NCBI GenBank assembly: GCA_013239625.1
Contig: MU053482.1
Coordinates: 905,168 to 969,167 of the forward strand
Source: Lama guanicoe
Lineage: Eukaryota
Length of the DNA: 64,000 nt
Reading direction: 5' to 3'
Positions 51,621-64,000 of the stretch are shown piece after piece. The translations under genes were made by a program, and so were the position numbers. Position 1 is the stretch's first letter. Each line of letters opens with the position of its first letter. The notes beneath the pieces are model-generated. The model was not told the origin of the DNA and did not search any database. It saw nothing but the letters and a program-made list of their open reading frames with translations.

Positions 51621-53564
51621 TAATTGAAAAAAATAAAGGAGTTGTGCTCACCTTTATTCCCTAAGGGTGTGAAGTGCATCGCACCTGTTGCACATAGTTA
51701 AAGTGGTCTAGTGCTTCCCAGGAGACAAGTCATGTGCAAAGTGGTTCTGCAGTGATTCATTTAATACTTACAACAGCCTTCTGAGTTCCATACTGTTATT
51801 TCCATTTTATAGGTAGAGCAACTGAGGCTCAGAGAGATTAAGTAACTGCTATTTAAGTCAAAGAACAGAATCTCTGATCATTTGATGCTATCTAGTAATC
51901 CCTTAATATGATTTCATCTCAGTAAAGTGTGCTTATTTAAGTTACAATTTTTAAAATAAGATTTTATACATCTTAGAACAGTAGATATAATAATAATAAT
52001 AGCAACAATAAATGGTGAAAGGCATCCTTTCTGGCTTCTTTTCTGTTCCTGGAGGGAAGTGCTGCCTTTTAGCAGAAACAGTTATCAGCAGAGGATCAGA
52101 TTTTAAATGATCAAATATATGAACCAGGCTCTGCGCCAGTACAGATTGTTTTTTCAGCTTGCGGGAAACGAAGAAACAGAGAGAAAATCTTGAAATAAAG
52201 GGTTTTTGAAAGAGGCCTAATCTAATTAGTAATCTCTTCCTCTCACATAGGGAAAACATTCTGCTTTTCATTTGAAAAGTCCAGGCCCCTTTTGGAGGCA
52301 GAGTTTGCTTTTCCTAACTCCGTAGGGTGCCTGGCTCCCAGGAGCAGCCTGCTTCCGAAGGGGGCCCCACCACCAGCTTTAAGTAGGCCTGGCATTTATC
52401 TCCTTGTGTCCTTCCTGCTGGGTTCCATGACAGACAGATGGAGTTGATTCTGAACCGACCTGCTGAGCTTGGGTGTGATGCTTTCAGACATGAAATCTTG
52501 ATTAACAGCAAATGTTAATTGAAGCAGTGAATTATTAAAGTGTTTTGCCATAAATGATAAATGCTGTTGTTGGCAGTTTTGCCTCTTGTGACATCATAAA
52601 ACTTTCCAAGAAGTTGCTAGCTTTGTCCAAGGAAAACAAGAAAAGGTAGCTGCATCTGATGGTACTTGTGGTGACCTGTTTATTCTCTGTACCCAGACCT
52701 CTCTGGGGAAGACACCATTTTTTCTCCTGGGATCCCACGTCACCTCAACCAGACAGGGAAATCATCTTCCCCTTAAATGCAGGATTCTGTGCAGGTGATC
52801 TCATCTAGCCTCCAAGCTTCACGGCCCGTCAGTAGCTGATGACTACCATCCTTTTCATCTAACTCCGATTTTCCCCTGAGCTCCAGACTTATAAACACAG
52901 TTATTATGTGACAGCTCCACCTGATGCCCCATGAGATCTCAAACTCATATCCATTCATTTAACAAATAGTTATCTATTACCTACTATATGTCCCCAGTGC
53001 CACTTTGTTCTAAGCAATGAACAAAATAGATATCGCTCCTTGTGGAACTTACATTCTATTGGGGAGGGGAGGAGACAGATAAACTAAGGTAACGGAAAGG
53101 GGAGCAGGGAGTACTGAGCATTGGAGATGGTGGCAGTGGTAGGGGTTTCTGTAAAGTGCTCAGGGATTGTCCCGTTAGATTACATTTGAGCAGAGACTTA
53201 GAAGAAATTCTAGCTGGAGCTAAGATTTAAACATAAAAAAGAAACTAACATATTCCAAATTGGCTGTCTTTTCAAATTTTCCTCTTGTCCTGCGTTCACA
53301 ATCTCCAGGATTGTTGCACACGAGAGTCACATACGTGGAGTCATCTTCCTCCCCCATCTCTATACTTACAGGAGAAAGCATCCTCTCACCCATTCTGAAT
53401 TCCTGCCAGCCCCAAGCAGGAACTTACACCTTCACAGGCATCAGGTAGAATCTTCTGCCTCTTATGCCCCTTTCACTGGCTTCTCCCATGGAAGAAGGAA
53501 GGCTGGCTCTCATAGGCCAGATGGAGAGTCTCTCATCTATCCAGTTTCTCTAGTGCTCTCTGGT

Positions 53565-53800
53565 AGCATTTCTCAAACTTTAATGTTCACGGAAGTCAGC
53601 TAAAGGATCTCATTCAGATGCAGACTCTGGTCCAGTAGGTCTTGTTATCATTTCCATTTTATGGATGAGGAAATTGAGGCTTAATGAAGCTGAACAGCTG
53701 ATTTAAAACCAAACAGAGAGGAAGTACAGACTGAGATTTGAAGCCTATCAGTTCGACCCTAGCATTTACCCTCTTACCTTCTGTTTTATACTGCCTCAGT
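53565..53800. mobile_element. MER5A fragment abutting a MIR (-)
   Basis: TTTCTCAAACTTTAATG..CAGATGCAGACTCTGGTCCAGTAGGTC; CCATTTTATGGATGAGGAAATTGAGGCT. Confidence 0.65.
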
Positions 53801-55469
53801 GAAACTGCCCTGCCTCACGGGATCTGGCGCCTGTCTACCATGTGATTCCAGCCTCGCAGTGAATGATAATGCATTCACCATCCCCTGCTCCGTATACCTC
53901 CACACCAGTCACAGTTTCCTTACCCCTTTTTGCTACTTGGCCATCTTCTTACCTATCAATACGCAGATCAAGGTCTAACTCCTTGGTGAAGCTTTTCTTT
54001 GATGCTTCAGCAGGAAATAATCCCTTCCTATGTGTCTCTTGGTTTACTGTGCACAGAATCCCATCTTCCCCTTGCAGTAGTTAAACTGCATTTATTTGTT
54101 ACGTGCCAATTTCCTCTACTGTTTTGAAAGATAAGAATAGTGTTTGATTCATCTTTTCTTCAGCACCCTGCTCAGGGCTTGCACTTATAAGTGCTAAATA
54201 TACGTTGAATGAATGTTTCATGCTTATGTTGGAACTTAATGGCTGGATGCCTCTGTGCTCAATCTTCTTTTTTCTGTCTCCTCTTCATTCCCTTGCATTT
54301 TGTTTGAAGTGTCCGTTCCCTTCTCCACTGTATTAGGAATAGGGAGGGCAGGGACAGTGTCTGATTAGAGACCTGCTCAACATTTGGCAAGGACCTTGCA
54401 CAAACTTGTGGTAAAATAAGTTAGATAATAAAATATTTTTTAATCCTAAGAAGAGAAGAATACAACCTTTAACTCAAAAGAACCAGCTCTTTCACTAACA
54501 AGTATATGATCTTGGGCTAGTTAACCTAAGTTATCTGAATTTTCCTGTCCTCATCTGTAAGATGGTGGTGTTGACATCTGTATCACAGAGTTACTGAAGG
54601 ATCAGGTGAAATACTGCATCTTAAAGAACGGCAGGGGCTCAGTTAACTGTCCATCTCCAGGCTTTCTCTAGTCCATTCTCACTGCCAACGTGAGGTTTAG
54701 GCCCTCAGCATACTTGTTTCTTTCTGCTTCCTGTCTCTCCTTCTTTTGTCCATTTTACATATAGTGCTGTGGCTCTCTCCCTAAACACAGTATTTATCCT
54801 GTTGCTCTTCTGGTCTAGTATTCAATCACCAAGTTAAAATTCAAGCAGCCTTATTCCAAGGTGCCCCTTCAGCCTCCCACTGTGCCCTGGCACCAGCGCC
54901 TATTCCAGGAAAAGTAGGCAGCCACTGCTTCTTTGAACATACAGTTTTACTCTCTTATCCTGGGCCATTTATCATCTGGTTCCATCTAATAATTATGCCC
55001 AGCTATTACTTAAGAATCCGAATCTTATCCTCAGAGCACAGTGCTGGTCTCTATTTCCCAATTACCAGATGTAATGTGTGCTTGCTCTTCTGACATGTGT
55101 ATCCCAATTAAGATAATTCATTTTGCATTTTCTTGTTGGAATAGTACTTTTTCTATTGTTTGAAAAGGCCGTTTAATCTTACCTCACCATTTTCCCTCTT
55201 TTACTAGATGGTAAAATCCTTGCGAGCAGGGACCGTGTCTTCTATCCCTTATATCTTTGTATTCCAACCACTGCCTGACATGCAGCCTGATGTTTATCTA
55301 ATTTCACACGGAGCAGTTTACTCTGTGCCAAGTACCCAGGACATGAAAATACATATCAAGACAAGGCATACAAGGATTTCTCAACCTAATTATGGAAACA
55401 GACAATAAACACATGGAGTACAGTGGATTTAGTAGATAAAAACGTCCATGGAGGCTTTGTAACTCCTTT

Positions 55470-55845
55470 CATCACTAGGGTAAGTCTATTACCCTGTCCC
55501 TTGAATCTGGCTGGTCTTACGATGTGCTTTTGCAGAAGAATGCAGCAGAAGTGACATCATGCGAGTTCTTGCAGATTGTGCTCTCATTCTTTGAAGAGAT
55601 TGCAACCATGAGACCAGGTCAAGGCCAGCCTCATTGAGGATGAGGGACCATGTAGAGAGAGGGAGGCCTGGCCTTCCCAGCATCTCTCTATGAGTGAATC
55701 CAACCAATCACATAGAGCAGAGATGAGCTGTCCCAGCTGAACTCAGCCCAGTTTGCTAACCCATTGAATCATGCGAAATAAATGATTGTTACTTTAAGCA
55801 ACTGAGATTTTTTTCAGATGAACCAGAAACTAACTATTACAGCTG
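55470..55845 (+). mobile_element. MLT1 (MaLR) LTR
   Basis: CCCTTGAATCTGGCTGGTCTT..GAATGCAGCAGAAGTGACA..GCAGAGATGAGCTGTCCCAGCTGAAC..AAATAAATGATTGTTACTTTAAGC. Confidence 0.75.
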
Positions 55846-57069
55846 TGATAGATCAATATAATAAAACCCAGCCTATTGGGGGCAGAGGCCAGATAGGGAA
55901 AATCTTCTAGATGTGATATTTAACCTTAATAGTTCATGTCCAGAAGTTTCCAGAATGAATGATTGTAGGGAGAACATATTGTAGGTATTTAACAAAATTA
56001 TATTGCTTTAATGATCAAATATACATTAAATAAAACCTAAGAAAAAGTATAATTGTTATTATCTCACATTTAACAAAGAGGTAAGTTATCAGACCAATAT
56101 GTGGGGGAAAAAAAATTTAAGACCATGTACTGCTATTAAGCACCTAACACTCTAACTGAAATATAGTGTACTTAAAACAAAAACAAGAGACAAGATTCAA
56201 AGCATATGTAATAAATGGAACAGGCAGTGGCATTAGCAGGTGGCAAAAGGGAAGAATATTAAAGAACTGGGTCTTGGGAGAGCTTCATGGAAGAAGCAGG
56301 GTGGAGACTAAGTTGTAAAGGACAGGGAATGCTGAAACTCAGAGAAATTCAGGTTCCATTTAAAACAGAACTAAGAGGAGAGGGTGTTCCAGAAAGAAAA
56401 ATGGTGAGAGCGAAACATGGCAGGAAGCATATGGCCCATCTGGGGAATGAGTGGACCCTTGGAAGTATTAAGTATAATGGGTGGGGTTGGTTTTGGAAAG
56501 GTTTATCAGCCAGTGGGTCTTGAATGCCAGATAAGGATGTTTTATTTTATTTTGTGGAAATGGGAGCTATTGAACACTTTTAATAGGACTATAGCAGGGT
56601 TGTGTGAAAAACCAACCTATGTGAAAGTGATCTATTTATTGACAACGCTGAGATTTTTCTCCTGAAGCCCAGAGGCTGTTCTCCTAATATACAGTTTTCT
56701 TTCTCCCCCCCCCCAAACTTTTGTGATCAAATTGAGTTTAGGAAAATCTCCAAACACCTATGGGGTTTGGGTATATTCCAATATAGAAAGTGGTTATTCA
56801 GCACACTTCTTATTTGAGAAGCAGCTCACTTAGGTATGATAGATCTAAGTTCCCATTGCTCACCGGGTCCATATTCCAGCTTTTCAGGCTCACTTGCTTG
56901 CTTCTCAGTACATGTGGAGTGTGTCCATTCAGTAAGAGACCCAATAATGCCCATAGTCTATGTTGACCTTAGTAGCAAAACAAATAGGAGATAGTAAAGA
57001 ATTAGTCTTTACTCCACAAATATCTGTTGATACTTTTGGGGGGGGATTAGAAAAGTCAAATAAGATGTT

Positions 57070-57612
57070 TTTGCTCCCCCTTATGAGCCACTAGTGAAAG
57101 CAGATACATCCAAATTCAGCCCTCACTGTGCTTGGTAGGTGATACGAATTGACTCACTCAGCTTCAGTTTTCTTCCTTCTGGTGAGTCTTGCTGTTTGCA
57201 AAGGCTGGAAAGCTTAAACTTTTATTTCCTAGACTCCCTTTCGGTTAGGTTCTGGATAAATTAGGTTCACCAGTTTGATGCATTGGAAGGGCAAACTCCT
57301 GCCCCTTTGGTTATTTTCTGCTGCCAGGCAAGGTCCTGGGGACTGTGGTTATTCTGCTGCAGCATGTAAAGGCCCTTTTGCCAACTCTGTGGCTGGCAAG
57401 AGGCAATTTCGGTTGCCTTTCCCACTCTGATTTTCTGACCCCTGAATCCTAGGTATGGTGTGGTTCGGTGGTGGTGCTCTGAGAGTCTATTTCAGAAGAC
57501 CTAGCCTGGAACCCTTGCAACACTATATAAGCATCAAATTTCCTGTATTAAATCTCCTGCTTAAAGTACTTAGTGTGGCTTCTGTCTCATGCACTGAACG
57601 TTTACAGATGGT
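57070..57612 (+). mobile_element. LTR33-like ERV-L LTR
   Basis: GGCTGGAAAGCTTAAAC..ATTTCCTAGACTCCCTT..TAGGTTCTGGAT; end TTCCTGTATTAAATCTCCTGCTTAAAGTACTTAG..TTCTGT..TGCACTGAAC. Confidence 0.7.
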
Positions 57613-58054
57613 ATAAAAGGTGTATAAACAAAGCAATTGAGAATCCAGCCAAGTGCATGACTAATTCTGCTTGGGAGATTTAGAGAAGTTTCCATGGAGG
57701 AAGTGATAATATTATGTATCTTGAAGTATGAATAGTAATTATTATTCAGTAGGCAGCTAAGGGTGAAAAGGGCATTGAAAGAACTTGTGTAGAAGCACAG
57801 AGGTGTCAAAGATAATAGTGTTCAGGGAATGATAAGTAGTCTACTGAATTCCTACTGCCTTTTCCAGCCCATTTTTAGTACATTCTTTTAATAATGTAGT
57901 TATACCTTAGTTAGTGTTTCCCCATAGAGTGCACATTCTTTATAGTGCTTTTCACGTCACAAGTAATGTATATGTATGTTTATATGTGGTAATGTAGTAG
58001 TATTATACATCTTTCTCAGGTCCAGACAACTAGTATGGTAGAGAGGCTCAGGGA

Positions 58055-58250
58055 GAAGTACAGTCAAGGGATTAGGATGCGGGCTTGGGAGTCAGAGTAG
58101 CCTGATGTTGACCACTCTCTCCATTTCCTGCTCTGTAAAAATAGAGATAATAATAGTACCCTCCCACAGGCTCCTGTTGTAGAACTGCTTTAAGGATTAG
58201 AATTAGTGCATGTAAAGTGCTAAGAACATAGTAGACATGCAGAAAGCCCT
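58055..58250 (+). mobile_element. MIR SINE
   Basis: GGCTTGGGAGTCAGAG..TTTCCTGCTCTGTAAAAATAGAGATAATAATAGTACC..ATGTAAAGTGCTAAGAAC. Confidence 0.7.
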
Positions 58251-59449
58251 CAGTCCAGGTTAGTGTGGTACCTCATTGTTCTTCCGGTTGTACCGTCTCG
58301 GCCAGTGAGTGCTAGTGTGCAAGCCTGCGCTCTTTGCAGTTGAAATGACCTTCACAAATCTGTTTGTGGCCCTGTGGTATTTCTTCATACTTTTATTAAC
58401 TTGTTTTTGAGAACTCTTTTGACCTTTTCTATTAAAAGATATGCCAGGAGAGTGCTTGTAGTGCCACAAACTTGCCGGGAAAGATTTTCATGCTGGATGT
58501 TAAAATGCAAAGTTTATGATGGTTCAGGGCGTTCGATGTAATGGGCAAGGCAACAGAAGATAAATATCAGTAGAAATTGGTGGAAATCCTTTGACATTTT
58601 AAAGGGTATTGTAAAGATTACAACAGACCAACAGTTGTTTGACAGAACCTGGAAGGGACTATGGAAGTGGCAGAGAGATTCTGCTAACACAGCTCTGAAA
58701 CTTACTTGGTTAATACTCTCACTTCTAAAACAATCTTCCCTACACTAAAAAGGTGATGCCTGTATCTTCTTTTTAAATGGATATTATTGATTTGTATTGT
58801 CCTCTTCCATCCTTGTCACTCTTCCACATTTCTTGAGATCTTTGGGACTTGACTTTTTCTTGTCTACTTCAGACTTTCTTGCCAACACTCAGAACAACTT
58901 CAAGTGACAAGTGGTCATTTGATAGAGCTACAGCTAGGCCCCTGTTGTCCAGCAACTTTGATCTCCTTACATGAGGAGCATCTATGTTATGAAAACCTTT
59001 AAGTTCCCCCTGACCTGCCACTTGATACTGCTGTGCTCTAGAGAACTCAATCTCTTGTTTTCATACCCCATCCTTGGATTTGCTCCATCACACTATGCTT
59101 TTTTTAAGGTTTTGCAATCTTTTCCTAATCTAAAATAAAACAGAACTCTTCCTTTTCTCTTTATTATTAATCTAATTACTTCCTCATATTCTTCCTCTCA
59201 ACCAACATTCACTAAAGCATGCACTCTGTGTGTTCTAGGCTCTTGGGATTCAGAACAGAAGGAACGTTCACTGTGATGGAACGGACAAAGCAGTAAGACT
59301 TACAACAGCAGTGATGCAGGCTATGAAATAAGCAGCTATAGAATTCTGGGACACAGAACCAAGACTTCCTTGAGGAGGAAAACTAGAGTTCAGTCTTGGA
59401 AGACATCTAGGGATGGCAGAGATTTGGGTTTTATGGGTTTTGAGGATTA

Positions 59450-60200
59450 TGTATTTCTAACAGCTTTCTTGAAATATAATTCACATACCATACAATTCAC
59501 CCATTTAAAGTATACAATTCAGTGGCTTTTATAATATTCAGATATGTGGATCTATTACCACATTCAATTTTAGAATATTTTATTACCCCCAAAAGAAACC
59601 CCATGCCCATTAGCCATCACCCCAGTCAGCCCTGCCCATCTCTTCCCTAGTCACAGGCAACCACTAACCTACTTTCTGTCTCTCTATAGTTGCCTGTTCT
59701 AAACATTTCATATAAATATTAAATCATACAATACATGATACTTAGTGACTTCCTTCTTTCACTTAGTGTAATGTTTCAAAGTTTATCCATGCCGTAGCAT
59801 ATAGCAATATTTCACTATTATTGCTAAATAATTACTACATTTTATTTATTTATTCACAATTCTATGGACACTTGAGTTCTTTCCACTTTTTAGCCACTAT
59901 AAATAATGCTCCTGTGAATATTCATATATGTTTTTGTGTAGACATATGTTTTTTGTTCTTTGGAGTATGTATCTAGGAGTAGAATTGCTAAATTGTATGA
60001 AAAACTCTATGCTTAATCGTTTGTGGAACTGCCAAACTGATTTTGAAAATGGCTGCATCATTTTATATTTTGACCAGCAGCACATGAGGTTGCAGATTCA
60101 CATACTTGCCACATTTGTTACTGTCTTGTCTTATACTGTTATTGTCTGTTATAACCATCCCAGTGACCTAGTGGGTGTGAAGTAGTAACTCATTGTGGTA
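59450..60200 (-). mobile_element. L1MB-like 3' end
   Basis: AACAGCTTTCTTGAAATATAATTCACATACCATACAATTCACCCATTTAAAGTATACAATTCAGTGG. Confidence 0.9.
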
Positions 60201-60664
60201 GAAACTTTGTTTTACTTAACTTCATATTCGTATTAATACAGAGCCTGACACGTAGCGTGTACTTTAAATTTGAGAACTTGAGGAAGAGGGAAAAGACATC
60301 TGTTGGCAGGAGGAACAGAAAATTCAAAGATACAGGATCAAGAGGAAATAGATTGTATTCTGTGAATTGTTAGAAGCTCAGTATGTTGGAGCATAGGCTT
60401 TATTTGGAGAAGTTTCAGGAAATAAAATGAAGGAATCCCATCATGTACCAGGCAATTTTTTGTACTGGGATACAGCAGTGAACAAACAGATGAAGACTCT
60501 GCCCATGAGGAAGACTGAAAATAAAAATATTAGAAAATAAGCAGATCAGAACCTTTCAGAAATTAAATTCTTCGAAGAAAACTACGTAGCCTAACATGAT
60601 GGAGAGTAACCTAGAAAGGAGTCATGCTACAGTTACTTGAGTGAAAAAGAATTAACATTTAAGT

Positions 60665-60980
60665 AGAGAAACGAAAAATAAAACAAATGAACTAAACAAC
60701 AAAACAGAAGCAGACTCACAAATACAGAGAACAAGCTAGTGGTTACCAGACGGAGAGAAGGGTGAGAGGAGGAGCAAAGTAGTGAAGGGGATTAAGAGGT
60801 ACAGACTACCCCCTAACATAAGTTGTAAGGAAGGAGTGTGCAGCACAAGGAATATTGTCAATGTTTTATAATATTATATGGAGTGTAATCTATAAAATAT
60901 CAAATTACTGTGTTGTACAGCTGAAACTAATATAATATTACAAGTCAACTATATTTCAATATAAACAACAACAGCAAAAC
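60665..60980 (+). mobile_element. LINE-1 3' end
   Basis: AAAACAGAAGCAGACTCACAAATACAGAGAACAAGCTAGTGGTTACCAGA..GAAACTAATATAATATTACAAGTCAACTATATTTCAAT. Confidence 0.85.
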
Positions 60981-62369
60981 TGATCAGTTTTACGAAGCCC
61001 CAGTGTAAGAGTGCTCTTACACCAGGATGAATAGCAGGCACGAAGACCCTGGGCCAGTGCACACGTTAGATTGCACTGGGCAGCAAGTAAAAAGAAAGCC
61101 CAGTGCAGAGTGACTTAAAAATGAGGATTTACTATTTCACACAATAAGAATCTGTTGATAGATGATCCCAGGTTTGGTTAGTTCACCAGCAGAACAATGA
61201 CATCAAGGACCCAAGTACTTTCCATTTTTCTACTCTGTCATCTTTAGAATGTTTCCCTTATTCCTGTGTGATATGTGAATGACAGTGAGCTTCCATTTGG
61301 TCTGCCAGACAATCAAATGTGCCATAGGTTTTATCCAATAAAGACATGGTGGGGTTCATGAAGTATTCTCACATCTTTTTTGCTTTCAGATTTTGTTAAT
61401 GCTTTGTAGTTTGTGAGTCTAGCTAAGTGGATTGATTTTTTCTTATATAGAGGACTCTTCACAATGCTTATTTATGGAATGAGATAAGATTATAAAAATC
61501 TTTTAAGCTCCACATATTATTTTATGATACAGAATATTAAAATAATTGTCAAGCTCAATCTGAACTACACAGACTTCTCTTTAAAGAAAAGTAAACATTC
61601 TGCATTTGCTGACCTTTTCAGCAGTAACCATGTCATTAATATACTAACTAGCCAACAGTTATGAAAAAATAAACTCATTTAATTTCTTCTTTAAGGAAAA
61701 TGTGATATTTTATTAATGAAGTAAAGTCAAGGCATGGAGTGAACATTTTGAAAACGATTTTTTGGAAACATTTCCATTGTGATTTCTGTTGCTGAAAATG
61801 TTACGTCACTAGTAAAAATCTCCTATATATATACTTTATAAATGTAGAAACAATTTTCTAACATTCAAGAAATATTCTAAAGAGTTTCCATAGATTTTAA
61901 ACTCAGCTGTTTAAAATATATAAATGTAGCACTTTCTTAACTCATTTCCAAGACCAACTAAGGATATTTCCTCTCGAATTTATATGAAAATTTCTGTTGG
62001 ATGGTGGAAAGGATTGAAAAATTAATTTTATTTTTAGTAAGTATCGCCAGAGAAACTTGTTCCCTTTGAAACAGTTGTGCCATTTAGATCTCTGCATTAT
62101 TGTGAGGTATAATTTTCATTTATGAATGCCATTAAAAACTAAAGATCAAAATACTTGGAACTTAAAACCAAATTGTTGACTCAGTGTATTACAAAGTGTT
62201 AAATGGAGGTTTTCAAAAAGCTATTACTCTCACTACAATTTACAAAAAACATTATTATAATATATTAACATAACATATTAAAATACTAATTTTATAAGAG
62301 CAAAAATGTCTTATATCTTTAAGGAGCAAAATAAAATAGTTGGAAATTACTCTTTATTTCATCTTTACT

Positions 62370-63880
62370 GCATATTGTTTAAATAGATTTATTGAGATAT
62401 AATTCACAAACCATACAATTCGTTCATTTAAAGACTGCAATTCAATGTTTCTTAATATATAGTCATAGAAATGTGCAACCATCACCACATTCAGTTTTAG
62501 GACATTTTCATTATCTCCAAAAGAAATCCTATACCCATTAGCAGCCATTCCCCATTTCCTATTAAAACCTTCATTTCTAAGCAACCACTACTTTCTATGT
62601 CTCTTGATTTGCCTATTTTGGACATTTCATATAAATGGAATCATGTAATATGTGGTCTTTTATGACTGGCTTTTTTTCACATAGCATAATGTTTTCAAGG
62701 TTCATCCATATTACAACATGTATCAGTACTTCATTACTTTTAATGACCAAATAATATTACATTGTGATAGATACAGTACCTTTTGCTTATCCATTCTTCC
62801 ATTGGTGGTTATTTGGATTGTATCTACCTTTTGGCAGTTGTCAGTAGTGCTGCTATGAACATTCATATATGGATATTTATTTAAACTCCTGTTTTCAATT
62901 CTTTTGGTTATGTACCTAGGAGTACAGTTGCTGGATCTTATGGTAGTTTTATGTTTAGCTTTTTGAGGAACTGCCAAACTGCTTTCCATTGTGGATTCAA
63001 CATTTCAAATTCCTACCATCAGTGAATGAGGGCTTCAGTTAATCTGCATCCTTGCCAATACTTCTTATATTCTGTTTTTTTCCCCCTAAATTATCATTAT
63101 CCTAGTGGGTATGAAGTGTGGTATTTCATTGTGGTTTTGATTTACATTTCCCTAATGACTAATGATGTTGAATATCTAATCATGTACTTGTTGGTTGCTT
63201 GTAAATCTTCCTGTGAAAGGACAAATTATGTACTTTGCTTATTTTTAATTTGGGCTGTTTGTCTTTTTGTCATTGAATTATAAGAGTTTTTTATATATTC
63301 TAGGTACTAGAACCTTATCAGATAAATGATTCAGAAATACTTTCTCCCATTCTGGGGTTGTCTTTTCACTTTTTTTTATCATATCCTTTGATGCACAAAA
63401 ATTTTTAGTTTTGATGAACTAGTTTATTTTTTCTTTTTTTATATGTACTTTTGGTCATATCTAAGAAACATTGCCAAATCTGAGGTCATGAAGATTTACC
63501 CTGTGTTTTTTTCTAAGAATTTTATTATTTTAGCTCTTACATTTAGGTCTTTAATCCATTTTGAGTTTATTTTTGTAAATGATGTAAGATATGAGCCAAT
63601 ATTATTCTTTTGCATATGGTAATCCAGTTGTACCAGCATTCTTTGTTGAAAAGACTGTTCTTTCTCCATTGGACTGTGTTGGCACTATTGTCAAAAATTA
63701 GTTAACCTTAGATACAGAAGCTTATTTCTAGACTCTCAGTTCCATTCCATTGATCTCTATGTCTGTCCTTATGCCAGTATCACACTGGCTTGATTACTGT
63801 TGCTTTGTTTAAGTTTCAAGATCTGGAAGTATGACTCTTCTTACTTTGTTCTTCATTTCCAAAACTGTTTCAGCTATATG
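62370..63880 (-). mobile_element. L1MB-like 3' UTR and ORF2 end
   Basis: TTTATTGAGATATAATTCACAAACCATACAATTCG..; TTTTGAGGAACTGCCAAACTGCTTTCCA; TTAGGTCTTTAATCCATTTTGAGTT. Confidence 0.9.
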
Positions 63881-64000
63881 ATGTCTCAGATAATGGAGTA
63901 GATCCCAATGATCAAGCTTGTAAGATCTGGGTCTCTAAGTCCTTGGTGCCAAATTATCCATTTGGATTGTCTAGCCTACTGACCTTGGCTAGCATTTCTT

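Overview
Mammalian (very probably camelid: a Vic-1-type tRNA-derived SINE is present) intergenic DNA, mostly old and young interspersed repeats (L1, L2, MIR, MER21/MLT/LTR33 LTRs, MER5A). The only clearly intact protein-coding gene is the intronless, CpG-island-embedded retrogene RBMXL2 (+, 8871-10126), interrupted by a 145-N assembly gap. A second GC/CpG-rich patch at ~50.2-50.7 kb looks like a promoter with a short first exon, by synteny probably an upstream alternative exon of SYT9. The main discovery is in the unique-sequence islands between the repeats at 13.8-37.5 kb. By manual translation these read as two heavily decayed, convergent (tail-to-tail) antigen-receptor-like pseudogenes, each with Leader - pre-joined VJ exon - C1-set exon - transmembrane exon architecture and no recognisable RSS. 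Gene A is on + (13776-17783) and gene B is on - (37458-19414). They may be the fossil of a non-rearranging TCR/Ig-light-chain-like heterodimer pair. All family assignments are from visual pattern recognition and recalled consensus sequences, not database searches.
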